Shown: piece after piece, positions 20,491 through 31,806 of the stretch | Layout of the letters: each line of letters begins with the position of its first letter | Numbering within the stretch: the stretch's first letter is position 1 | Source of the DNA: Macrostomum lignano | Lineage: Eukaryota | Assembly (NCBI GenBank): GCA_002269645.1 | Contig: NIVC01004087.1 | Coordinates: 1 to 61,004, forward strand | Length of the DNA: 61,004 nt | Direction of reading: 5' to 3' | The notes under the pieces: generated by a model | What the model was told of the DNA's origin: nothing | What the model saw: the letters and a program-made list of their open reading frames with translations, nothing else | Database searches by the model: none | Made by a program: the position numbers and the translations under genes

Positions 20491-22600
20491 TGTGACTAAT
20501 AATAATAATAATAATAATAATAATAGTTACGCCCCACGCCAGCCACAGAAGTGGCCAAAAGGGGGGAGCGTCAAATCGCGCGTTTCAGAGCTAGGTCTCT
20601 AATGTGCTTCACACCGGCCGCCTGGCTGGGTGCTCGCGCATCTTCAAAAAGGCGGTCGACGTAGCGGGCTGATCGTCCCTGGCCACGCCTGCGCGGTCCC
20701 TGCGGGGTCCACAGCAGGACGTCCTGCAGCGGCTCTGGGCAGTAGGCTTCGGCCCGGATGACATGTCCGGCCAGCCGCAGGCGCCGCTGACTCAGCAGGG
20801 CAGAAGGCCGCGTCAGGCCTGTGCGCTTGTACAGGGACTCGGTTGTCTCGCTGCCAGGGCCGCGGCGGGCGCCGAAAGCGGCGCGGACTAGGGCCGCATG
20901 TGCCGCGTCGAGCTGCGCCTCAAGCGCCCCGGTCAGCGTCCAGGTCTCAGCATTGTGCAGCAGGGCGGTTTCAACAACCGCCTGGAACAGCTGGGACCTG
21001 GCGCCGTCGGACAGGGCCTCGGAGAGCAGCACCGCCAGCACAGATCGGAAGGCAGCCCAGGCCTTGCCGCGCCGTCTCGCTAGGTCGTCGCCGACGTCCG
21101 GCACCAGTCCGCCGAGGTAGACGAACTGAAGGCACTTCGGGAGCGCCGTCCCGGGGCCGTTGCCGTCTCGAAGTCGAATCTCGGCGGGTAGATCATGCGC
21201 AGCAACTTTGCGTACACCTTTGCGACTGCCCTGGGATCCGCGCAGGCGCCAGACTACGCCACCATCAGCTCAGCCATCACCACTGCCGCTGCTAAAACTC
21301 TGCCGCTAATGGAGCCCGCGTCACGGCAACTTCCGGTTTGGACGAGCGACCCGGAGGTCCGAGAGGCCGAGCAGCTGCGACGAGCCGGGCGACCGACATC
21401 CGATGCCGAGAAAGCCCTGGCAGACGCCTACGCTAGTCGACAGCAAGCCGCTGTTGACGACGCAATCAGGGCGGTCGCCTCCGTTGGGCCTGAACGGCAG
21501 AACAGGGTCGTCTGGCCGGTCGTGAACGCCCTAACCGGTCGCAAAAAGAAGACGGCGCTCAACCTGGCTGGCGACACGGCAAAGAGCGCAGAAACGAGCT
21601 GCGCACCTTCTTCGCCGCCATTGTCAACGCGCCGCCGCCGACTCTGCCGAACGAGATGCTGCTGCCCCCGAGGTGGCGCTGCCGCGGCAGGAGGACTTCG
21701 ACACCCGTCCTGTGACCAGCACCGACGTCGTGGAATTCGCCCGCAGGGCTCCGGGAGGCCGCGCCCCCGGCCCGGACGAGGTCCCCGTCGAGGCGCTGCG
21801 AGTCACAAGGGTTGCCACTGAGGTGGCCCGCGTGATGAACGGCGTCCTGGCGGGAGGCCCCGCGCCCCGCGAATGGACCCACGCCAACATCGTCGGCATC
21901 CCGAAGAAGCCGGGCACTACACGGAAGGAGGAGCATCGTGGAATCTCGCTCATGTCCTGTACCGCGAAGCTGTTCAACCGGGTGCTACTAGCATGGTTAC
22001 AGCCCGTGCTGGACTCGTTCCTGCGGTACGAGCAGAACGGGTTCCGCCCCCGTCGCGGTACGGTGACGCAGATCCTGGCCCTCCGCCGCATCATCGAGGA
22101 GGCGCGCATCCACCAGTCAAGCCTTATCGTCATCTTTGTTGACTTCCTCAAGGCCTTCGACTCGGTGGCGCGCGGCGCGCTGCCTCACGTGCTCCGTGCC
22201 TACAACGTGCCGCAGCAGCTGATCTCCGCCATCATGGCGCTGTATCAGGACACCACCGCCGCGGTAGCGACGCCAGACGGACCGTCGGACCTGTTTAGCA
22301 CGACGTCCGGAGTTCTACAGGGTGACACTCTGGCGCCCTTTCTCTTCGTGCTGGTGATGGACTGGGTGCTCAGGACCGGCCTGCCGACATCAGAAGACGG
22401 CTTTCTGCTGCAAAGGCGCACCAGTAGACGGCACCCGGAGAAGAAACTGTCTGTCCTTGGCTACGCGGACGACCTCGCCCTGCTGTCTTCGACGGCCGAA
22501 GGCGCCCAACGGCTGCTGGACGGCTTGACTGCGGCGGCGGCGAGGGTCGGTCTCGTCATCAACGCCAGGAAGACCGAGGTGCTGACGGTGTGACTAATAA
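20491..22600. mobile_element. 5'-truncated, 5'-inverted RTE-clade non-LTR retrotransposon with 12-bp TSD
   Basis: The plus strand 21195-22590 encodes the spacer + RT (HRGISLMS, QNGFRP, FVDFLKAFDSV, GVLQGDTLAPFLF, YADD, INARKTEVLTV) with two frameshifts near 21580 and 21668. The minus strand ~21190-20503 encodes the RT end and C-terminus (FVYLGG, ETWTL, RRLRLAGHVIR), a short 3'UTR and a (TTA)n tail. TGTGACTAATAA occurs at both 20491-20502 and 22589-22600. Confidence 0.9.
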
Positions 22601-23079
22601 AAAGTAAAATATGTCTTATCAGGGCCGCAGAACTGACATCAAAGTAGGGGAAATAATTTTTTTTCCAATAGTACGTCACAGATGATGAAGCTCTGATATC
22701 CATAAGGATTTTTGAATGAGCCACGCCCATCAGAATCGCATGCAGTCAGAAGCAATAAGAATGCATTGCAAAGGCAGTCAGAGTCACGTCTTCTCTGATG
22801 ACTGCTCAATCATCCTGCTATGGATTTATTATTAATAAGAGGTATCATATTTAACATTATTGAAAATTAACAAGTCGGATTTCTCCAATTCGTTAATTAC
22901 AGTCATCTACTTCCAGATGTATTGCCTCTGGTGTGTACTTAGGGTAACCTCTGGACGGGAGTGCGTGCGATTGTAATTAGTCTTGTGGGAAGAATAAATC
23001 AATAAATTAGCACTCAACAGCCTCCCGGAGGGTCCGCTTCCTCATCTGCCCCCTCCGAATTTACAGGTCCACAGAGACT

Positions 23080-24056
23080 CTATTCTATTCTATTCTATTC
23101 TATTCTACTCTATTCTATTCTATTCTATTCTATTCTATTCTATTCTATTCTATTCTATTCTATTCTATTCTATTCTATTCTATTCTATTCTATTCTATTC
23201 TATTCTATTCTATTCTATTCTATTCTATTCTATTCTATTCTATTCTATTCTATTCTATTCTATTCTATTCTATTCTATTCTATTCTATTCTATTATATTC
23301 TATTTTATTCTATTCTATTTTATTCTATTTTATTCTATTCTACTCTATTCTATTCTATTCGGTTCTATTCTATTCTACTCTATTCTATTCTATTCTATTC
23401 TATTCTATTCTATTCTATTCTATTCTATTCTATTCTATTCTATTCTATTCTACTCTACTCTATTCTATTCTATTCTACTCTATTCTATTCTATTCTATTC
23501 TATTCTATTCTATTCTATTCTATTCCATTCTATTCTATTCTATTCTATTCTATTCTATTTTATTCTATTCTATTTTATTCTATTTTATTCTATTATATTC
23601 TATTCTATTCTATTCTACTCTATTCTATTCTATTCTATTCTATTCTATTCTATTCTATTCTATTCTATTCTATTCTATTCTATTCTATTCTATTCTATTC
23701 TATTCTATTCTATTCTATTCTATTCTATTCTATTCTATTTTATTCTATTATATTCTATTCTATTCTATTCTATTCTATTCTATTTTATTCTATTTTATTC
23801 TATTCTATTCTATTCTACTCTATTCTGTTCTACTCTATTCTGTTCTATTCTATTCTATTCTATTCTATTCTATTCTATTCTATTCTATTCTATTCTATTC
23901 TATTCTATTCTATTCTATTCTATTCTATTCTATTCTATTCTATTCTATTCTATTCTATTCTATTCTATTCTATTCTATTCTATTCTATTCTATTCTATAC
24001 TATTCTATTCTATTCTAATCTACTCTACTCTATTCTATTCTATTCTATTCTATTCG
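23080..24056. repeat. (TATTC)n microsatellite, ~1 kb
   Basis: Seen directly. Confidence 0.97.
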
Positions 24057-24345
24057 AGGTGGCATCGAGCGTCGGTCTGGTTGTCAACACTCAGACGGGC
24101 AGACGACCAGGCTCGCACGCTGCCAGCGGTTCACCTACCTCGGCGGTCTGGTGTCCCACGTGGAAGAGGACCTCCGGCCGGCCTCGCCGAGGACTACTTG
24201 CCTTGGCGGCCTTTCGTTTGATCCGGGCCGTCGTCCAGTCCCAAGCGCTGCCCGACCGCCAGAGGGCTCGGCTGTGGCAGGCTGCTGCTGCTGCCAGCAT
24301 CAACAGGACAGCTGCAGGCACACTGCTGCCAGCCTCTGGCAGTGG
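24057..24345 (+). mobile_element. Degenerate fragment of a related RTE element
   Basis: With frameshifts it reads SVGLVVN...RCQRFTYLGGLVSHVEEDL..RRGL.LAAFRLIRAVVQSQALPDRQRARLWQA, homologous to the 20.5-22.6 kb element. It lies between (TATTC)n and (TAG)n arrays. Confidence 0.75.
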
Positions 24346-24346
24346 C

Positions 24347-24680
<334 letters not shown>

Positions 24681-24766
24681 ATAGTTGTTTTCTTCTTTTC
24701 ATGAGTACTTTTCTCACTAATTTTTTGTTGCCACCCATTTTTAACATCGTTTTTAACATCATCGTC

Positions 24767-24991
<225 letters not shown>

Positions 24992-26204
24992 GCTTATTGG
25001 TTGGTTGCTGAGCACAGTTCCATTGAGTTGCAAGCTGTTCTGGGGTGCAATTAGCAGTGGAAATTTGGAAATGGAAGAAACAGTCTGGGATCGCCGAGGG
25101 GTGGGTCGGGGATGAAGGCGAGAGGAGGTCGGCTCCGTGTTCATGGTATAGGGTGAGCTCGGTCGATAAACGGACAGATTTATCGGCTGAAGTTGAGGAA
25201 AACTTTCTCTCTTAGTGCACACTGCACAGTAAGTAGAGGGTGCAGAGTTTGAGCTAACTTTGAGCAGACACAGACGGTAGTGAGGTGCTATAAGAGACGG
25301 GGGAGGGGAGATTGGGGAAGAGCAAGCAGTATGAAAGGGTAAGGACTGTATGAGAAAGGGGAGAAGGGGACCCCCCAGCGGCATTGGACTACACAAGTGC
25401 ACCCAGCCCTTCATTTTTTAATCTGGTCTTTCACTGCACCCCGTTGGCCACGGGTGTGGACGTGGAGACCTCTGTACTGTCTGTAAGAGAGAGTGGACTC
25501 GACTTGAGAATTGGCCCTCTGCTTGGATAGAGCTGATGGAGGTTGGGGTGGATTGCCGAGTTTTGGAACCAATTGGGGCGTGGCTTCTGCCCAATTCCTC
25601 TGTCTTCACTCTTGTCCGGTTTCGGGGGCATAAATTCTTTGCTTTGGGGTGTGGCATGTTTCTTGTTTTTCTTGCTTCTCTTGATTTCTTCTGAGTTTTA
25701 CTCGTGGCTCGAAGACTACTATTGCAACTTTCTATTTTCCTCGTTTTCATTTTTACAAATCAGATCAAAGAAAGGTAAGATTTGACTTTTATAGTTTTGT
25801 AGTTTTAAAATTGTAGTTTTAACCTTAATTTTAAGTGTACGTTTGTTTTTATGTGTTTTTTGCGTTTCTACGTAAGTTTTTTACACTTGGCAAAATGTTA
25901 AAGTTTTCACCACAAAACCTGTTTATGAGGATCATAACTCAAAACTGAGACTGACAGCTTTAATCCAACTCTAGCCATAAGCCCTTAACCCTTCACTGGA
26001 TCTCTCCTCACAAAGCCTAAGCCAGGGTCAATTGTTGCGACGCAAATTGCATCGCTTCACTGTTGAGATCTGAGAGAACAGTTGTTGACCACTGGTTTTA
26101 GGGTGCAAAGCCAATAATTCTACATGTACATGTACATGACTAAATTCTCCTACATGTACATTATTTTCAGAATCGGTGTTGGCAGCGATCATTTTTGCGC
26201 CTCA

Positions 26205-26842
26205 GGCACTCATTTTACCGCCACAGGCACTCATTTTAGCGCCACGGGCACTCATTTTAGCGCCACAGGCACTCATTTTAGCGCCACAGGCACTCCTTTT
26301 AGCGCCACAGGCACTCATTTTAGCGCCACAGGCACTCCTTTTAGCGCCACAGGCACTCATTTTAGCGCCACAGGCACTCATTTTAGCGCCACAGGCACTC
26401 CTTTTAGCGCCACAGGCACTCATTTTAGCGCCACAGGCACTCATTTTAGCGCCACAGGCACTCATTTTAGCGCCACAGGCACTCATTTTAGCGCCACGGG
26501 CACTCATTTTAGCGCCACAGGCACTCATTTTAGCGCCACAGGCACTCATTTTAGCGCCACAGGCACTCATTTTAGCGCCACAGGCACTCCTTTTAGCGCC
26601 ACAGGCACTCCTTTTAGCGCCACAGGCACTCCTTTTAGCGCCACAGGTACTCATTTTAGCGCCACCGGCACTCATTTTAGCGCCACAGGCACTCATTTTA
26701 GCGCCACCGGCACTCATTTTAGCGCCACAGGCACTCATTTTAGCGCCACAGGCACTCATTTTAGCGCCACAGGCACTCATTTTAGCGCCACAGGCACTCA
26801 TTTTAGCGCCACAGGCACTCATTTTAGCGCCACCGGCACCAT
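26205..26842. repeat. 21-bp minisatellite (GCGCCACAGGCACTCATTTTA)
   Basis: Seen directly. A hAT-like end (..GGCGACGCCCCTA) lies nearby at ~26958. Confidence 0.95.
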
Positions 26843-29295
26843 TTTGGCAAAAATATTTATTTCCAGAACACTGAGAACAGGTCAGCAAAGGTGGGGTGGG
26901 GGACGACAAAGCATTGGGGGGGGGCATGCCCCCTGTCCTCCCCGGTGGCGACGCCCCTATGCTGCCGAGTGTGTCGTTTCTATTGTTTATACTGCGCTAA
27001 TAATTGTCTGGCGGTTTTTAAACTCTGGGTCTCAATAACTATGTGCTTGTAATATCATGTTACAGTGTTCGATGTAATGTACATTTCATACATATATTAC
27101 AAAAAACGGATACAAGCTATGTATGTCGGTCATGTCTGAGTTATGTCAATGATGAGAATCAGATAGGATTAGAGGAAGCACATGGGGAAAAAACAACTAG
27201 AGAAGCTAAGGCAATGACTGACTCGCATAATTTCCCTTTGCCTGGCTCTCGACTCGATATTCATCTCATCATCCTTCCTCAGTGTCTTTTCCCTCTCTCT
27301 CCTCTCGCCTGCCTGCCTTCACCCTTCAGTCACAGTCACAGTCGAAACATTAACTACGAGCTTACTTCCGTATAGTAGGGCCAAATTAGCCCTGCCTCCA
27401 CATTCTTAACGTCAATTTCGGTGAAAAGAAGACTGAAAGTATAGATATTCAATACATAACATATTAGTATTAGTACATATAGTGTATCTCAAATAATTAC
27501 CCAGGGGGAGAACGGTAGCGAGGCCCCGACCTGCAAGTTGCAGGCTTGCATTGCAAGCACTGCGCGCAGCTGCGACTCAACTTCTCAAGAAAAGCTGAGC
27601 ACACACCATGCAGTCTACATTAATACTGCATCTCCATACCATCGATTTGAGAATGGAGTGACGGGGTAAGAAAGCCCAAGAAGTGCGCCAAATAAGCCCA
27701 TTAAACAGGCACAGCTGGAAACAGACAGTGAAACAAACACTAATAGTACATACAATCTATAATAAAAGCAGTCTGTGTTCGTCTGCTCAGTTTTAGTCTA
27801 GTTTAACTCAGACAATCCAGGCCACACACATTTGGGCCAAATCAAGTGTACATTCATTTAGAGGCTGATGGACAGTGTGCCGTTTTTGCATTTCGTCGCC
27901 ACTCATCCCATTGGCACTTATAGTTGGCCCAACTCACTGCTGTACATCCAGCAAATGTACATCCAGCCCATAAAATAAAACCCCAACACCCACACACCCC
28001 AGTCTGGGTTAAACGGGGGAGAGAAGGACAAGTTTAGTCAAGGGAAAGAGAATTGGGGGAGCGGGTGGAACTGGATGGACGAAAGAAGGGTGTGCGCGCG
28101 CAATGAATGAATGAGAGATTTAGCAGCCCCCCCCCCCCTGCTGCGCCGCTTTGGGGGATTGGAGTTGGAGCGTGCCTCCCTGCGCCATATGCGAAACATT
28201 CACCGCCTTTAAAGCGGAAAGACCCCCCATCCACAACTTAATATATAAGTAGGCCGCGGGCCAGTTAAAGCTTGTTTAGATTTGCTATTAAGATAATTAG
28301 CGAACCGTTACTTGGCATTTGACTTTGCATTCGTCTCGGCGGAAAACATAACTTCTAACACTCCTTTACCCCAAGCCCAACCCTGCCTTGATTCCTGGCG
28401 CAACTATCGATAAGCTTTTATTACTTCGATAGGCTTATCGATAGGCTTAGCTTCTGCAGCTAAATTCCGAGAGAATTTTAATAGTTGATTACTTGCTTGC
28501 TGTTTATCGCATAAGTTATTAATAATTCAAGTCGTTAGATTTACTCCGGTCGACTTGACTTACTCAACTGATTTGATTAATAAAAATCCTCGGTTTTTAT
28601 GTATTCTACATTCAAGTAAGTTTCTCTGCATCGGCTTCTACGACCTATATATTAAACTGCGCTTTGTTCAAGCTGTTCTAAAGTATTAGTAATATTTAAA
28701 ATAAATGTAGGTGACGTTAGTTTAGTTACTTGATAGTTGATAGTACAGTGTCGCCGCAAGAAGGGGGATCGTTTTAAATAGAACACACAAGACAGAACCC
28801 TATACATGGTAGACTTGTTCAGGCAATACAACTACAAGATTGCCGCCGTATTTTTTGTTGTTATAATTATATTATAAAATATCTCTTGTTAGAGCTAACT
28901 TTGTTATAACTGCACTGCACTCTAATTTTAGTTCATTAAGTCTAACGCTCTGACCTTCTCCCGACTCCTTAAGTATTTCTTTATTATTATTATCTAAAAA
29001 GCATTCCTCAGTCAATTTGAAGACTAAAGTCCAAATTCCAAACTTTTCTGTCCGATTCAGAATCTATTTAAATAAAAAGTCTTGACGTCAATGAATAAGT
29101 ATTACAGTTCTCCTATCAAGTTTCTATATATATATAGCTAAATTCAGTACACGCTACTCTCAGTAGCTTCAATAGGAAAGTTTTCTATTTTAAACGATAT
29201 TTTACCGGAGTGTAGATTGTAGAAACAAGTCGCTTTAGCCTCAAAGCAAGACAAGAAGGAGAAAAAAGAAGTTAGCAACGGCAGTTGGTGGGGGG

Positions 29296-31386
29296 CACAG
29301 ATACTATAAACACTAGATAGGCCACTCCAGCTAATTTTCACAACACGACAGTTTACTCTACTTTCTGCTTAGTAGTAGTAAAAACATTTTAGCGTTATTT
29401 ATATTTTTTAAAAATAAAAAAAAACAGATGAATGCAATGCAGCAATTGTATTGATTTTTTTGCAAAAAGAAACTTATAATTATACTTTCCACAATTCAAA
29501 GCAACATTGTGAATGCTTTAGATTGCATAGAAGGCTATATTATTGCAGTCAACTATTGTATATTTAGCAAATACGAGCTATATCATATACTCCATAATCC
29601 ATATTCGTGTAGCAAAATAGAAAGATTTCTCATCTTAATCAGCTCATCTGTTTGTGAAACTCGCAGCGTGCTGTTGAAGAACAGGGTCGCCAGTCGCCCT
29701 TGTTCAGAGGCAGCATTCAGAACGGCCCAACAGATGAAAAAAACTGGCGAATGCGCCACTTCAAGGTCCAGGGATGTATCCGATGGAGAGCCAATCCTCA
29801 GTGGTTTCGTAACAGGCAGCCGATAAGCAGCAGGACTTTTGTGGTGCAGCTGCAATGAGCTGCTGATGAGATGACATCCTTTGACCAGAGCACCCCTGAC
29901 TGCGAGCGCCCTGCCGCCCAGTCGACCGCTGGAAGCTGCGCTAGCCACGCCTCCACAGTCCATGGATGCACGACTGCGCTGCACTTGCCTTGACCATCGA
30001 ATGTTGCCGCTGCAGCCGCTTGATTTGCCTGTCGCTTTCGGGATTGCCGCTGCAGCCGCTTGATTTGCCTGTCGCTTTCGGGATTGCCGCTGCAGCCGCT
30101 TGATTTGCCTGTCGCTTTCGGGATTGCCGCTGCAGCCGCTTGATTTACCTGTCGTTTTCGGGATTGCCGCTGCAGCCGCTTGATTTGCCTGTCGCTTTCG
30201 GGATTGCCGCTGCAGCCGCTTGATTTGCCTGTCGCTTTCGGGATTGCCGCTGCAGCCGCTTGATTCGCCTGTCACTTTCGGCCTCGGGATCGTTGCTGCA
30301 GCCGCTTGATCGTTGCCTCTAGCGCTTGGAACCCGCGAATCGGCTGCAGAGGTGAGAGCTTTCAGCCGCAACAGCTGTTCTCGGCGCAGAATCTGGTAGC
30401 CGAAGGTTGCTCTGCCACAGCACTGGCAGCAGGCAAGTCGCAGGCTCGGCTGCAGATAGATTGCTAATTGGCCCCAGCACTGGAGGGTACATGTCGTCTG
30501 CCTCTTCATCGTTTATCAGTCCTTTGCACAGAGGGTAGCTGGTCTATTTGAACGAGCCGAGGCAGCATCAACTCTTGGTGTGGGATTGCGTCCCAGCGAA
30601 AACAGATGTCTTGCACATCCGTGGCACTTTGTAAGGCAGCAGTAGGCCTCGTCCATAAAGTGCAAGCTGAACACACGGAGGCCCCGTGATTTAATTGTTT
30701 ATAAAGGTCAATATCCACGCTCCTGCAGTAGCTGCTGCCAGCGCTTCGCCAGTGTCATCTTTTGGTAATTTATGCATTCGCAACGGATTTTTCTTTCTCG
30801 GATGTTAATAGCACTAGTACAAAGCTCGTGCAAGTGGGAGCACAGCAGTGGTTCGAATCAAAACATTTCTCGAGTACAAGATTAGATAGAAAAGCTAGTA
30901 TGCACTCGAACTTTCTTTAACTCTGACTCTTGTCCTGTTCATCTATATAAGCTTGTATTTAAGCACGATTCGCCACCCCCAAATTTTCTAACCCACAACC
31001 TCTCAACCCCCACCCCTAACCCAGGCTAGCTATGTGCAGTCCTTTATTTTCTATCCCACCACCAGTGGGCCTAAATTATCGATCCACTCACCCTGCCTTA
31101 TACGAAACTGATATTAACCCTATTCCAGACTACCCCCCTTCCTCCACTTTGAAAGATAGCGGCATTGCACACTGTCTGTCGCGTCTTAATGTACACCATT
31201 ACTGCACAAAACAAGTTAGTTGTTTATGGCGTTAGCAAAACGATGTCTTAAAAACAGTCACTCGATTTGTCTAATTTAGCAAATAATACTGTTGCTTCCT
31301 TTCATTGCTACTAAGCAGAAAGTAGAATAAAAAACTTGCCCAGAAAATTAGCCTGAGTGGCCTATCTAGTGTTTATAGTATCTGTG
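29296..31386 (-). mobile_element. P-element/THAP9-family DNA transposon relic, 2091 bp
   Basis: Perfect 32-bp TIRs (CACAGATACTATAAACACTAGATAGGCCACTC; 29296-29327 and 31355-31386), a further subterminal inverted match CTACTTTCTGCTTAGTAG, and an 8-bp [11 protein letters not shown] (29288-29295, 31387-31394). On the minus strand are frameshifted THAP pieces (CCAPTC, HKLPKD, KRWQQLL, RVFSLHF, RWDAIP) and P-transposase-like pieces (LWSKDVI, LQLHHKSPAAYRL). Confidence 0.8.
30004..30310. repeat. 40-bp tandem repeat inside the P-like transposase relic
   Basis: Period of 40 bp (30004, 30044...), about 7 copies. The reading frame rotates with each unit. Confidence 0.9.
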
Positions 31387-31570
31387 GTGGGGGGTGGTAT
31401 TAGAAGAGGCTGAGACAGGACTGGAAGGTTCCATTGTGGACAATGTACTGACTATACACTGCGCAGTTGAGCTAGAATAATATTCCAGAAGCAAAAAATT
31501 GCACACAATCTTCTCCTTCGCAACAACTAGCCTCCCCTCCTCCGGCCACCCACCCCACCTCCGCAGCTGA

Positions 31571-31595
31571 GCCAATACCTGCCGATATTATAAGA
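31571..31595 (+). promoter_or_regulatory. Probable core promoter of the AK gene (CCAAT box + TATA box)
   Basis: gCCAAT at 31571-31576 and TATAAGA at 31589-31595, about 210 nt upstream of ATG 31807, which is followed by an AA|gtgagt donor. The function is inferred from position. Confidence 0.5.
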
Positions 31596-31806
31596 GCCAG
31601 CGCACAGTGAGCCGCTGCCCCCATCGATAAACACCCCCCACAAAAGCATTAACCCTGTCATGCTAACAGTCCTGTCATTGGCAGCAAGTGTCAGCAGACA
31701 GTTAAATACAGTTGGCCGGTTAACTAGTACAACAGCATCTGCGTCAGCAGCAGCAGCAGCTCACCAAAACTCTTCTAAAAGCAAATTTTCAACTACTAGC
31801 GGAAAT

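Noticed and set aside
25020-25800. Possible degenerate LINE (LSVYRP-like and RT-like peptides)
   Set aside because: The motif resemblances are short, fall on opposite strands and are not collinear.
27756-28265. Helitron-like element starting A|TCTATAATAAAA
   Set aside because: The 5' signature is suggestive, but no convincing hairpin + CTRR|T 3' end was found.
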